DNA of 64,000 nt from Candidatus Adlerbacteria bacterium (lineage in GTDB: Bacteria > Patescibacteriota > Minisyncoccia > Phycocordibacterales > SBAW01): the NCBI GenBank assembly GCA_027451965.1, contig DAIDHJ010000001.1, positions 87,639 through 151,638 of the forward strand, read 5' to 3'. Each line of letters opens with the position of its first letter. The stretch's first letter is position 1. Position numbers and translations under genes: made by a program. Below the pieces are notes generated by a model that had not been told where the DNA came from, searched no databases, and saw only the letters and a list, made by a program, of their open reading frames with translations. Positions 1-8,250 of this stretch are shown here, in pieces.

Positions 1-1
1 G

Positions 2-286
2 AGTTTCATTGAAGTATGCAAATGTGCTGGATGGGGGGATGTCGGCTATATCAATCGCTGGACCATGGAGATTACGAATAATTCCATGCACTATTACATT
101 CCTTTGGTTGTCGGGAGGCGCATCGCGCAAATCATCTTTTTTGAAACCGGACCTATTTTGGCATCAGATTATGCAAAAGCCGGAAAATACCAATCAACTG
201 GTTCAATTACTTCCCTTAAAAAAAGTTGGAAACCGGAAATGATGCTCCCTCGTCTCTACCTTGATCGAGATATACGTAAAAGATAG
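2..286 (+). CDS. dcd: dCTP deaminase / dUTPase-superfamily protein, C-terminal fragment (5' end lies outside the window)
   Basis: In frame with ORF 65..286 and open back to position 2: ...CAGWGDVGYINRWTMEITNNSMHYYIPLVVGRRIAQIIFFETGPI. The GWGD...TLEIxN...G.RIAQ.IF pattern is typical of the dCTP deaminase C-terminus. A thymidylate-synthase-like gene follows. Confidence 0.5.
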   Translation, partial: SFIEVCKCAGWGDVGYINRWTMEITNNSMHYYIPLVVGRRIAQIIFFETGPILASDYAKAGKYQSTGSITSLKKSWKPEMMLPRLYLDRDIRKR

Positions 287-321
287 TATAGCGTCAGACT
301 TACTGTGAAAGGGATATAACT

Positions 322-1698
322 ATGGAATTTTCCAACCTGGCACATGTACAAAAACCATTGCCGCATGGCGGGAGGGTACTTGTACTTGATACCGGGGCTC
401 TTATCGGAGCAGAGGCAGAGGCGATGCTCCAGGCGCTTCACTCTCGTTCAATCGGCGGGGTCAGGTCCCATCTAGAAAAACTAGAGAAAAAAGGACCTGC
501 CAACTTCATGGAAACCTATTACGTTGGGTATGGAGATAAGTCGATCGGCGATTGCGGAAGCACGACAATCTTCATCGAAGGGGTGTCCATGCTGGTTGCG
601 AAAGCGATTCAGGATTCACAGCTCTACAACGGACAAGAATCCTCGACTCGCTACATCGACTTTTCCAACCAACCATTTCTTAATCCCGCAGCATCTGCAG
701 CAGGAGAACAGATCCTGGAAGAGCTTCGAGCATTCCATCTGGAAGGTCTCGAAACAATGAAGGCGATCTTGGCAGAACGCCATCCCCGACAGGAACAGGA
801 GGAAGAGAAAGTGTGGCAAAAAGCCATCAATGCGCGAGCATTCGATGTCATGCGCAGTTTTCTTCCTGCCGGAGCAGTGACCAACCTTGCGTGGCACACC
901 GAACTGCGCCATGCAGCCGACCATCTCATGCGATTACGGCACCATCCGCTTGCGGAAGTGCGCACGGTAGCGGAAGCCATACAAACGGCGCTCGATGAAA
1001 AATATCCCAGTTCTTTCAAACAGAAGCGATACGAACAAACAGAATCATATGTCGAAGACTGTATGCGCTCGTACTACTTCAATTTCACCGCAGAAGAAGC
1101 GCGGCGCGTTTCTGCTGAAGAGATTGCGGTAGAACACGACGGTCTCGATCATGATCTGCTGCAGACCTACCGCACTGTATTTTCAGCACGGCCGTTCAAA
1201 GCGGAGCCGCCGAAGTATGCAGCGGAGTGCGGGAGCATGCGGTTTGCATTCTTCTTGGATTTCGGATCATTCCGCGATCTGCAGCGGCATCGGGCAGTGG
1301 TGCAGCGCATGCCGCTGCTCACTGACGCTTGGGGATTTGAGGCATGGTATCTCGCACAAATGCCGGAGGCACTGCAAGAAAAAGCCATCTCGGTGCTGGA
1401 AAAGCATCGCATGGATATACAAAAATTGCAGCTGTCTGCAGAGCTTCAGCAGTACTACCTGCCCATGGGATACCGCGTAGCATGCCGCATCACTGGAGAC
1501 TTGCCTGCCCTGCTCTGGCTTGTTGAACTGCGTTCGGGAACCGCCGTACATCCAACCTTGCGCACCGTCGCTCAAGCAATAGGAGTGAAAGTGCAGGACG
1601 CGTGCAAGCCGATCGACATTGCAGTGCACATCAATACAGAAGAAGATCGTTTCAACATCAAACGAGGGCTGCACGATATCGTGGAGAAAACCCCGTAA
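322..1698 (+). CDS. ThyX-like (flavin-dependent thymidylate synthase family) protein, unusually long (458 aa)
   Basis: First half: ...IFIEGVSMLVAKAIQDS...QESSTRY resembles the ThyX IEGxSR...RHR...SQRY block but RHR is replaced. Second half: FGSFRDLQRHR has the RHR motif, and ITGDLPALLWLVELRSGTAVHPTLRTVAQAI resembles the ThyX C-terminal NxRxLxHFxxLR...AQxEIR block. Sits after dcd. Followed by a rho-independent terminator. Confidence 0.45.
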   Translation: MEFSNLAHVQKPLPHGGRVLVLDTGALIGAEAEAMLQALHSRSIGGVRSHLEKLEKKGPANFMETYYVGYGDKSIGDCGSTTIFIEGVSMLVAKAIQDSQLYNGQESSTRYIDFSNQPFLNPAASAAGEQILEELRAFHLEGLETMKAILAERHPRQEQEEEKVWQKAINARAFDVMRSFLPAGAVTNLAWHTELRHAADHLMRLRHHPLAEVRTVAEAIQTALDEKYPSSFKQKRYEQTESYVEDCMRSYYFNFTAEEARRVSAEEIAVEHDGLDHDLLQTYRTVFSARPFKAEPPKYAAECGSMRFAFFLDFGSFRDLQRHRAVVQRMPLLTDAWGFEAWYLAQMPEALQEKAISVLEKHRMDIQKLQLSAELQQYYLPMGYRVACRITGDLPALLWLVELRSGTAVHPTLRTVAQAIGVKVQDACKPIDIAVHINTEEDRFNIKRGLHDIVEKTP

Positions 1699-1700
1699 TC

Positions 1701-1730
1701 AAAAACCGCTCCTTTCGGAGCGGTTTTTTT
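1701..1730. terminator. bidirectional rho-independent terminator between convergent thyX-like and rplK
   Basis: aaaaaccgctcc-tttc-ggagcggttttttt: perfect GC-rich hairpin flanked by A-run and T-run. Confidence 0.7.
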
Positions 1731-2151
1731 ATTTAATGTCTACTCCCATGGAGCGCGCCGATCCTGCAACAATTTTCATCGCGGTTTCAATGTCTGCTGC
1801 ATTGAGATCACGCATTTTCTTCTCTGCGATTTCTCGCAATTTTTCCTTGGAAAGGGTTCCGATCTTTGAAAGATTTGGTTTTCCAGAACCTTTTTCTTTA
1901 CCGAGAGCTTTCAAAATAAGAGAGGAAGCGGGAGGAGTTTTGAGTACGAAATCGTAGGTGCGATCCTGATACACACTGATCTGTGCGGGAATCAAATCCC
2001 CTTTCATGTCCTGTGTCGCCTCATTGAAGCGCTTCACGAATTCTCCGATGTTGATTCCTGCAGGACCCAACACCTGACCCATGGCAGGAGTAAGTACCGC
2101 AGCGCCGCCGGGAGCAATAATTTTTATGGTTTTCGTTACTGTTTTTGCCAT
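1729..2151 (-). CDS. rplK: 50S ribosomal protein L11
   Basis: MAKTVTKTIKI...PAGINIGEFVKRFN...LKTPPAS is the canonical L11 sequence; 140 aa. Confidence 0.9.
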   Translation of the reverse strand: MAKTVTKTIKIIAPGGAAVLTPAMGQVLGPAGINIGEFVKRFNEATQDMKGDLIPAQISVYQDRTYDFVLKTPPASSLILKALGKEKGSGKPNLSKIGTLSKEKLREIAEKKMRDLNAADIETAMKIVAGSARSMGVDIK

Positions 2152-2167
2152 ACGCGACTAGAGTACC

Positions 2168-2719
2168 TTATATACGCTTTACTTGCAAAAAGTCGAGTTC
2201 AACGGGCGTCTCGCGGCCGAACATGGCTACCAATACTTTGACCTTTCCCCGCGTATGGTCGACTTCTCCAACTTTTCCATCCAAATCCTTGAATGGACCG
2301 TCTACAATGACCACGGAATCTCCCGCTGCAAGATCAATCGCATGACGCACAGATCCTTCCGCTTCATGCATGCGTCCAAGCAGCTCATCAACCTCAGACT
2401 GTTTGAGTGGGACTGCGTTGACTCCGCTTCCTACGAAACCGGTAACGCGTGGCGTATTGCGCACCACATGCCATGATTGATCATCAACAATCATTTCCAC
2501 GAGCACGTATCCTGGATAAATCTTTTCTTCTTCTTCCACACGACGACCGCCTTTGATTTTCACGGTGCGTTCCGTTGGCACTACTACATTGAAAATTTTA
2601 TTCTGCAAGCCAAGCGATTCAATACGTTGACGCAGATTACGCGCTACCGCATTTTCATATCCGGCATACGTATGGATGGCATACCATGCCCTTCCGACGC
2701 TGGTGTCTTGTTTTGACAT
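2168..2719 (-). CDS. nusG: transcription termination/antitermination factor NusG
   Basis: WYAIHTYAGYENAV...KOW-like C-terminus GDSVVIVDGPFKDLDGKVGEVD...KVLVAMFGRETPVELDFLQV. Start chosen at internal MSKQ (2719); the longer ORF to 2797 would overlap secE. Confidence 0.85.
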   Translation of the reverse strand: MSKQDTSVGRAWYAIHTYAGYENAVARNLRQRIESLGLQNKIFNVVVPTERTVKIKGGRRVEEEEKIYPGYVLVEMIVDDQSWHVVRNTPRVTGFVGSGVNAVPLKQSEVDELLGRMHEAEGSVRHAIDLAAGDSVVIVDGPFKDLDGKVGEVDHTRGKVKVLVAMFGRETPVELDFLQVKRI

Positions 2720-2729
2720 AACAGTAACT

Positions 2730-2900
2730 TTAGAGAATATGCTGCACAATTCCGGTGAAGAGATAATCGAATGCGCCAAGATATGCCGCTGTGACAAGTG
2801 TCACAACGATGACTACCACTGTATAGACAATGGTCTGGCGGCGATTCGGCCAATTTACGTGGCGAAATTCTCCCCGTACTTCGCGTAAATAATTAAACAT
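2730..2900 (-). CDS. secE: preprotein translocase subunit SecE (56 aa; below the ORF-track size cutoff, found by manual translation)
   Basis: The reverse strand translates to MFNYLREVRGEFRHVNWPNRRQTIVYTVVVIVVTLVTAAYLGAFDYLFTGIVQHIL: classic SecE with VxxELxKVxWPxxxE-like N-terminus and a single TM. It lies immediately upstream of nusG-rplK. Confidence 0.7.
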   Translation of the reverse strand: MFNYLREVRGEFRHVNWPNRRQTIVYTVVVIVVTLVTAAYLGAFDYLFTGIVQHIL

Positions 2901-2914
2901 AGATGTTTCCTAAG

Positions 2915-2938
2915 AAAAAAGGCCTTTTTCCGGCCTTT
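2915..2938 (-). terminator. rho-independent terminator for the upstream SIMPL gene, insulating it from secE-nusG-rplK
   Basis: On the minus strand: aaaggcc-ggaaaaa-ggcc(tttttt), a GGCC/GGCC stem followed by a T-run. Confidence 0.45.
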
Positions 2939-2980
2939 ATTCGTTATAATATTACCGCAGAACAGTGGATAGTCAAGATG

Positions 2981-3778
2981 TTAGCGGATCTCGTACGTGA
3001 TGCTGACATCATCAGTAACGGTAGTTTGTCCTGGGGAAATAACTGGTGCAGAAGCGCTTGCCGCCATGGTGCGGACGCCTTCCATAATAGGAAGCGGGTT
3101 GCCTCCATTGAGATTTTCATTGAATGAGACTACGCGTACCAAAGACACACCGAGCTGCTGAGCTAGCGATGTCGCTTTCTGTTTTGCATTGGCAATTGCA
3201 TTGCTGCGTGCCATATCCTGGACTTCATTCGGATCATTGAACGTCATAGTAAGACTGCTGACTTCGGAAGCTCCTTGTTGTCCTACTCCCGAAAGCAAAT
3301 CCCCTGCCTTGGAGATATCACGAACTTTTACTGTGGTAGTTTGTCGTACTTCATATCCCGTGAGCACTTGCTTGCTCGGAGGACAGGGGATGTTTGCTAG
3401 AGCCGGGCAAACACCTCCTTGTTCATACGAGTATTGGGGTTGTATTGAATAATCGCTTGTTTGAATGTCGTTGGCACTCACTCCCGCTTGCACTAAGTAG
3501 TTGGTCACTGCATTTATTTTTGTTGCAGCATCTTGCTGCGCCGCTGCGACCGTAGGTTTGTCGGATACAACAGAAAACGTAAAGGTTGCGATATCCGGAG
3601 CTTTGAATGCTTCGCCGTGTCCGGAAACAACGATCGTATTGGTTGGCGTAATACCGGTTCCTATGTAGCGCAATCCCATTGTTGCGGCAATTGCCTGCAC
3701 TGCAAGAAACACACCAAGTAATATCAATACTACAAATAGAGCAATACGGATTTTTTTTCCTTCAAATAGTTGTTCCAT
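2981..3778 (-). CDS. SIMPL/DUF541 domain periplasmic protein (26-kDa periplasmic immunogenic protein family), N-terminal TM anchor
   Basis: N-terminal TM IALFVVLILLGVFLAVQAIA. Body ...VVSGHGEAFKAPDIATFTFSVVS...AKQKATSLAQQLGVSLVRVVSFNE is typical of DUF541. Confidence 0.65.
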   Translation of the reverse strand: MEQLFEGKKIRIALFVVLILLGVFLAVQAIAATMGLRYIGTGITPTNTIVVSGHGEAFKAPDIATFTFSVVSDKPTVAAAQQDAATKINAVTNYLVQAGVSANDIQTSDYSIQPQYSYEQGGVCPALANIPCPPSKQVLTGYEVRQTTTVKVRDISKAGDLLSGVGQQGASEVSSLTMTFNDPNEVQDMARSNAIANAKQKATSLAQQLGVSLVRVVSFNENLNGGNPLPIMEGVRTMAASASAPVISPGQTTVTDDVSITYEIR

Positions 3779-3892
3779 AAGACATCTTTAGATGCTAATA
3801 TCACTATTTTACTCTATTTTCTCTCCCCTTTGCATATCTTATACATACAAAAATCTCTTATAAGTGATTTTATATAGAACTTCTTTGTTAAG

Positions 3893-4258
3893 ATGGAGAT
3901 GAATCGCATGATCAAGATTAAGCGCGCATATGAGAAAGCTTCAAGTAAGGATGGCTATCGTATTTTGGTAGATCGTTTATGGCCTCGCGGCGTTTCGAAG
4001 AAACTACTCCATTTATATCGCTGGGAGAAAGACCTTGCTCCATCGACCATGCTGCGAAAATGGTTTAATCATGATCCAAAGAAATGGGCAGGATTCAAAC
4101 GAAAATATCTCACCGAGTTACGAAAAAAGGCGCCGTTGATAAAAGAACTGCGAGCTTTGAGCAGAGGGCATACAGTCACTTTGGTGTACGGAGCAAAAGA
4201 TGATGAACACAATGAAGCTGTAATATTGGCTCAAGTAGCAGGAACTAATAAAAAATAA
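3893..4258 (+). CDS. DUF488 family protein (YeaO-like)
   Basis: IKIKRAYEKASSKDGYRILVDRLWPRGVSKK matches the DUF488 signature (RxYE..DG.RxLVDRLWPRG). The start may be the internal MIKIK at 3908. Confidence 0.6.
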   Translation: MEMNRMIKIKRAYEKASSKDGYRILVDRLWPRGVSKKLLHLYRWEKDLAPSTMLRKWFNHDPKKWAGFKRKYLTELRKKAPLIKELRALSRGHTVTLVYGAKDDEHNEAVILAQVAGTNKK

Positions 4259-4325
4259 TCTGGACCGAAAGGGCGAAACTAATCGAACCATCGATTGTCT
4301 CGGGGCTCTATCGGATTCGGATATC

Positions 4326-5753
4326 CTATGCTGAATCAATCTGTTTTTTTACAAACTCACGATTTAGCCAGAAACAACGTTTTGTCGCTTCGGCTCCATT
4401 AGGCAGAGGCAGGGTGTCGGATGCATCTCGTCCATGTGGTCGCACGTGTACGACATCGCTTCCCGATTTCTTAGGTAAAGAGTCGACATCGCTTTTCTTA
4501 ATCGCTATCACGGCTTCATGCCATACGCGTTGTACTTCTCCCTCTAAAATGTCATGGGGTATTGTCCAGAAAAAGACCTTGTATAAACGTCTGGAGTCTC
4601 CAACCTTGCAGTCATCATCACATTTATAAACAACGAAAAGAAATTGCTTCTGCAACTGATTCTTGAATGTACTTTCGAGTTTTTCGTCGTCTGCTCCCGC
4701 GCCCCAATCTTCTTGGATGAGTTCGAGGAATTTGAACGCTGGGAACGACATATCTTCCTTCGGCATGCCATCTCCGCGTAATTGGACCGTTTTCATTGCT
4801 ATCTCGGCCTTTTCAAACTCTTCGATTTTTTTGCCCTTTACCCCTATCATGCGACGCGCGAGCATCGCATAGAAATCCTTAGATTCAGGATTTAGACCAT
4901 CTCCAATCTTTTGCTGAATCTCTTTTACTGATTTTCCGAGAAACGGAGAGAAACGGTCGAGAATCTCCTGTTCGAAGGTCTTTCGACGTAAGGCCGATGA
5001 ATCCTTTACAGCCGCTTCGTACTCCCCAGCCGCGATTGTTGGTTCCAACATTTGTCGGAGCAAGACCGTCATATATCCGGCTTTGAAAGAGAAAGCGCGC
5101 GGCTTGGCTGCTGGCCCGCCGCTAGCTTGCGTCCGGGTCACAGAAGAATCAGCGGCTTTGGTGCATGCCGCTAGATACTGTGTGTCCCCCTCGGAGAGTT
5201 CGTGAGCTTTGCCTGCACGAATCTTCTCGACGATAGTCCGCCAATCGTTTTCAATTATGTTTCGGTCCCGCTCGGGCAACTCTTTGAAATCGAGCAATTG
5301 CGCAACAAGGACCGGATGGTCGACCATGGCTCTCTCATCTTTATGCTCATAAGAAACTAGCATGATTCTAGCGTTCTTCCGCAAGAACGAGCTGGCATCG
5401 AAATCGGCTGCTTCAGCTTCTTTTGAATAGTTGATGATGTTTAAGACTAATCGTTCCTTTGCCGAATAATCTCCGTTCCTGAGATGTTTTAGAGGAGTCG
5501 ATTTGAGTTCGACTCGGGCTTCCGGAAAATCCGGAAGAGACTCGTTCGGAGGAGTGATTCCGTAGTAGTACCTTTCCAAAATAGTCCCGAAGGAGCCGCG
5601 AGACCGACCACCTATGCGCATCTCTAGCAGCGCGTCAGGAATAGGCAGGATGCCCGGCGTCGTTCGCAAGGTCTTATGGAGCAGCCTCTTGCCATAACGC
5701 TCTATATCTGTCGGACTAGATTGATCGTATTGAGCCTGCATGGTAGGATCCAT
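4326..5753 (-). CDS. type II restriction endonuclease, Sau3AI/MutH family (predicted GATC-specific)
   Basis: GSFGTILERYYYGITPPNESLPDFPEARVELKSTPLK matches the MutH/Sau3AI catalytic block (GxxGxxLE...PDF...ELK). The ~475-aa size fits the two-domain Sau3AI family. It is divergent from an adjacent C5-MTase plus vsr. Start chosen at MDPTMQ (5753); the ORF is open to 5894. Confidence 0.55.
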   Translation of the reverse strand: MDPTMQAQYDQSSPTDIERYGKRLLHKTLRTTPGILPIPDALLEMRIGGRSRGSFGTILERYYYGITPPNESLPDFPEARVELKSTPLKHLRNGDYSAKERLVLNIINYSKEAEAADFDASSFLRKNARIMLVSYEHKDERAMVDHPVLVAQLLDFKELPERDRNIIENDWRTIVEKIRAGKAHELSEGDTQYLAACTKAADSSVTRTQASGGPAAKPRAFSFKAGYMTVLLRQMLEPTIAAGEYEAAVKDSSALRRKTFEQEILDRFSPFLGKSVKEIQQKIGDGLNPESKDFYAMLARRMIGVKGKKIEEFEKAEIAMKTVQLRGDGMPKEDMSFPAFKFLELIQEDWGAGADDEKLESTFKNQLQKQFLFVVYKCDDDCKVGDSRRLYKVFFWTIPHDILEGEVQRVWHEAVIAIKKSDVDSLPKKSGSDVVHVRPHGRDASDTLPLPNGAEATKRCFWLNREFVKKQIDSA

Positions 5754-5768
5754 ATAATCAAAGAGTAC

Positions 5769-7043
5769 ATGAAAAAAGCAATGGGTGATAGCAAAAAAAA
5801 GATAAGAGTAATCGAACTTTTTGCAGGCGTCGGCGGATTCAGAGTCGGCCTCGAAAGGGCATCGAAGCGCTTCGAGACTGTCTGGTTTAACCAATGGGAA
5901 CCTGGAAAATCAGCAGCTTCGCAGCATGCATGGAAAATTTATTGCACGGCCTTCGGTGAGGATATTGAAAGTGCTCGAAATAAACATACAAATACAGATA
6001 TCCATCAGGTTGAGATTGATGCAATTCCCAATCACGATCTCCTCGTCGGAGGATTCCCATGTCAGGACTACTCGGTAGCACGCGTGCTGAGCCAAGCGGC
6101 CGGGCTCATCGGCAAAAAAGGGGTCTTGTGGTGGGACATCTATCGCATCCTAAAAGATAAGAAAGCTCGTGCACCTTCGTATCTCATTCTTGAGAACGTC
6201 GACAGGCTTCTTAAATCTCCCGTGTCACAGCGAGGACGCGACTTCGCAGTCATGCTCGGATCACTGGCGGAACGTGGTTATGCAGTCGAATGGCGGGTAA
6301 TTAATGCTGCAGATTATGGAATGCCGCAAAGGCGCAGGCGCGTTTATATTCTTGGATACAAAAAAGGCACGCCGCAGTTCGAATCCGTCAAACGAAACCC
6401 GGAACGATGGCTTATGCGCGACGGTGTAATGCCCAAAGCCTTTCCTGTTGAAGCCATAGCTGAAGAAAAGATTCGTTCAATCATCATCGGACCCGCTGAA
6501 GAAGCATCTAAAAAGTTCAATAAAGGCGGTAGGCAAACGCCATTTGAAAATGCTGGAGTTATGGTGGGTGGCAAAGCTTTCACAGTCAAGACAATCCCCA
6601 ATACAGAGAAGACTATGACTCTGGGAGATGTCCTCGCCAACGATTCAGAAGTGTCCACTGAGTTTTACATTCCGAAGCGTCAGCTTGCCCTGTGGAAACA
6701 ATTGAAGGACGGAAAACGAGAGATGAGACGAAGTAAGTCCGGCTTCGAATACGAATACGCCGAAGGACCTGTGGCATTCCCGGACGCACTTAATAAACCA
6801 TCTCGAACGATTGTTACCGGCGAGGGAGGTTCTACACCTTCACGATTCAAACACGTGGTCCAGACGCGTGATGGAAGACTCCGTCGGCTGATACCCAAAG
6901 AACTTGAGCGGCTGAATATGTTCCCCGAGAACCATACCGCGGGAGCATCGGATACGGCGAGAGCATTCTTTATGGGGAACGCTTTGGTAGTAGGTATAGT
7001 CACGCGACTCGGAAAGGAGTTGCTGAAAAGGATAGATGGCTGA
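5769..7043 (+). CDS. DNA (cytosine-5)-methyltransferase
   Basis: Motif I IRVIELFAGVGGF; motif IV GGFPCQDYS; motif VI ILENV; ~425 aa. Start at MKKAMG (5769) rather than the ORF-track 5676, which would overlap the R gene. Confidence 0.85.
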   Translation: MKKAMGDSKKKIRVIELFAGVGGFRVGLERASKRFETVWFNQWEPGKSAASQHAWKIYCTAFGEDIESARNKHTNTDIHQVEIDAIPNHDLLVGGFPCQDYSVARVLSQAAGLIGKKGVLWWDIYRILKDKKARAPSYLILENVDRLLKSPVSQRGRDFAVMLGSLAERGYAVEWRVINAADYGMPQRRRRVYILGYKKGTPQFESVKRNPERWLMRDGVMPKAFPVEAIAEEKIRSIIIGPAEEASKKFNKGGRQTPFENAGVMVGGKAFTVKTIPNTEKTMTLGDVLANDSEVSTEFYIPKRQLALWKQLKDGKREMRRSKSGFEYEYAEGPVAFPDALNKPSRTIVTGEGGSTPSRFKHVVQTRDGRLRRLIPKELERLNMFPENHTAGASDTARAFFMGNALVVGIVTRLGKELLKRIDG

Positions 7044-7449
7044 CATATTCACAAAAGAAAAACGGAGCGAGATAATGTCGCGAATCCGTCCGAAAGGAAC
7101 CAAACTGGAACTGCTTGTTTTTAGCCACCTTCGCAAAGAGAAAATACATTTTCAGAAGCACTACCGAAGCGCAGTGGGCAGTCCAGATATAGCTGTACCG
7201 AGCAAGAAGCTTGCCGTTTTTATCGATGGCGACTTCTGGCATGGATGGCGGTTCTCACAATGGGAGCAGAAGCTTCCGCAGGAGTACTGGCGTGGCAAGA
7301 TTAGGGCGAATATCGACAGAGACCGGAGGACATTTGCAAAGCTTCGTCGACACGGCTGGAAGGTTTTGCGTGTGTGGGAACATGACCTGTCTAAATCCAA
7401 GCGAACCCTTACGCTCACTAAAATCGCGAAGTTTCTAACTACTTCTTGA
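7036..7449 (+). CDS. vsr: very-short-patch-repair endonuclease Vsr
   Basis: EKRSEIMSRIRPKGTKLEL...PDIAV...KLAVFIDGDFWHGW...RD is the Vsr family signature (TxPE...PDIV...AIFVDGCFWH). It overlaps the MTase stop by 8 nt. Confidence 0.8.
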   Translation: MADIFTKEKRSEIMSRIRPKGTKLELLVFSHLRKEKIHFQKHYRSAVGSPDIAVPSKKLAVFIDGDFWHGWRFSQWEQKLPQEYWRGKIRANIDRDRRTFAKLRRHGWKVLRVWEHDLSKSKRTLTLTKIAKFLTTS

Positions 7450-7654
7450 CTACCAGAGAACTTGTTTCCACCCACCCCGCAACGTCATAACAGCTGCGTT
7501 GGATATGGTCTTCTTTTCGTCCTCTGTAAGTTCTTCCGAAACTTTGTTCGCCGAATTTGCCGAATCCTGGAGCGATTTCAGAATGCGAACTGCAAGCAAC
7601 ACCAGCGTCCGCGGAATTCACCGCAGGAGAACTGCTCCAATTAAACACTTTCTT

Positions 7655-7728
7655 GGGCGATCGCCGGGAATCGAACCCGGATCGGGAGGACCACAATCTC
7701 CAGTGTTGACCATTACACCACGATCGCC
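7655..7728 (-). tRNA. tRNA-His (anticodon GTG) with genomically encoded G-1; CCA not encoded
   Basis: The reverse complement GGCGATCGTGGTGTAATGGTCAACACTGGAGATTGTGGTCCTCCCGATCCGGGTTCGATTCCCGGCGATCGCCC folds as a cloverleaf: acceptor GCGATCG/CGATCGC, T-arm CCGGG-TTCGATT-CCCGG, anticodon loop TTGTGGT, extra 5' G. Confidence 0.8.
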
Positions 7729-7777
7729 ATATAAACGCCCTTATATATACCATTTCTTTCCACTTGAGAAAAGAAAT

Positions 7778-8134
7778 TTAGGATATAGATACTTTTTCTA
7801 ATAATTCCTTATCTGCTTGTGAATCTTCGAAAAAATTCATCTGCAGACTGGGAATGTAAATGTGTAAACTACCTGATTTCTGTTGCATGGAATTATTCCC
7901 TGCTATATGCGGCACAGTAGGACGCTCAAAAAATAAGCGAGGAGCTCGTGCAGTGAGCACCTTGCCATTTTTTATTTCAAAAAACATTCCATGTATAGCA
8001 AAGACCCATCCGAATGATTTTCCATGATCGTGTTTGCGGGTACGCGCTTCCGATTCCCACACAATCCACACCACATCCATCCAACGAAACAAGCGGAACA
8101 GAATAGTTCGCTTGTATGCATTGATTTGCCACAT
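7778..8134 (-). CDS. hypothetical protein (118 aa) between tRNA-His and tRNA-Leu
   Basis: ORF only; no recognisable motif and no clear SD sequence. It could be non-coding. Confidence 0.25.
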   Translation of the reverse strand: MWQINAYKRTILFRLFRWMDVVWIVWESEARTRKHDHGKSFGWVFAIHGMFFEIKNGKVLTARAPRLFFERPTVPHIAGNNSMQQKSGSLHIYIPSLQMNFFEDSQADKELLEKVSIS

Positions 8135-8158
8135 ATGTACTAACTATACCCAATTCTG

Positions 8159-8240
8159 TGCCCAGGAGAGGACTCGAACCTCCAAGCCTTGCGGCATATG
8201 CACCTCAAGCATACGCGTATACCAATTCCGCCACCTGGGC
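8159..8240 (-). tRNA. tRNA-Leu (anticodon GAG), class II with long variable arm
   Basis: Reverse complement GCCCAGGTGGCGGAATTGGTATACGCGTATGCTTGAGGTGCATATGCCGCAAGGCTTGGAGGTTCGAGTCCTCTCCTGGGCA. Anticodon stem TATGC/GCATA, loop TTGAGGT, 13-nt variable arm. Confidence 0.8.
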
Positions 8241-8250
8241 ATGAAACCTA

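Noticed and set aside
2676-2888. ORF-track plus-strand ORF (70 aa) and minus ORF 2644..2853
   Set aside because: Both lie antisense to or out of frame with the manually identified secE (2730..2900, minus), which has a textbook SecE sequence and sits directly upstream of nusG.
5676-5768. Longer start for the C5-MTase (ORF-track 5676)
   Set aside because: It would add a non-conserved 31-aa leader overlapping the R gene N-terminus; MKKAMG at 5769 lies just upstream of motif I.
7439-7801. ORFs 7439..7753(-), 7499..7801(+), 7462..7644(+)
   Set aside because: They overlap the well-folded tRNA-His gene and have no coding features; treated as spurious.
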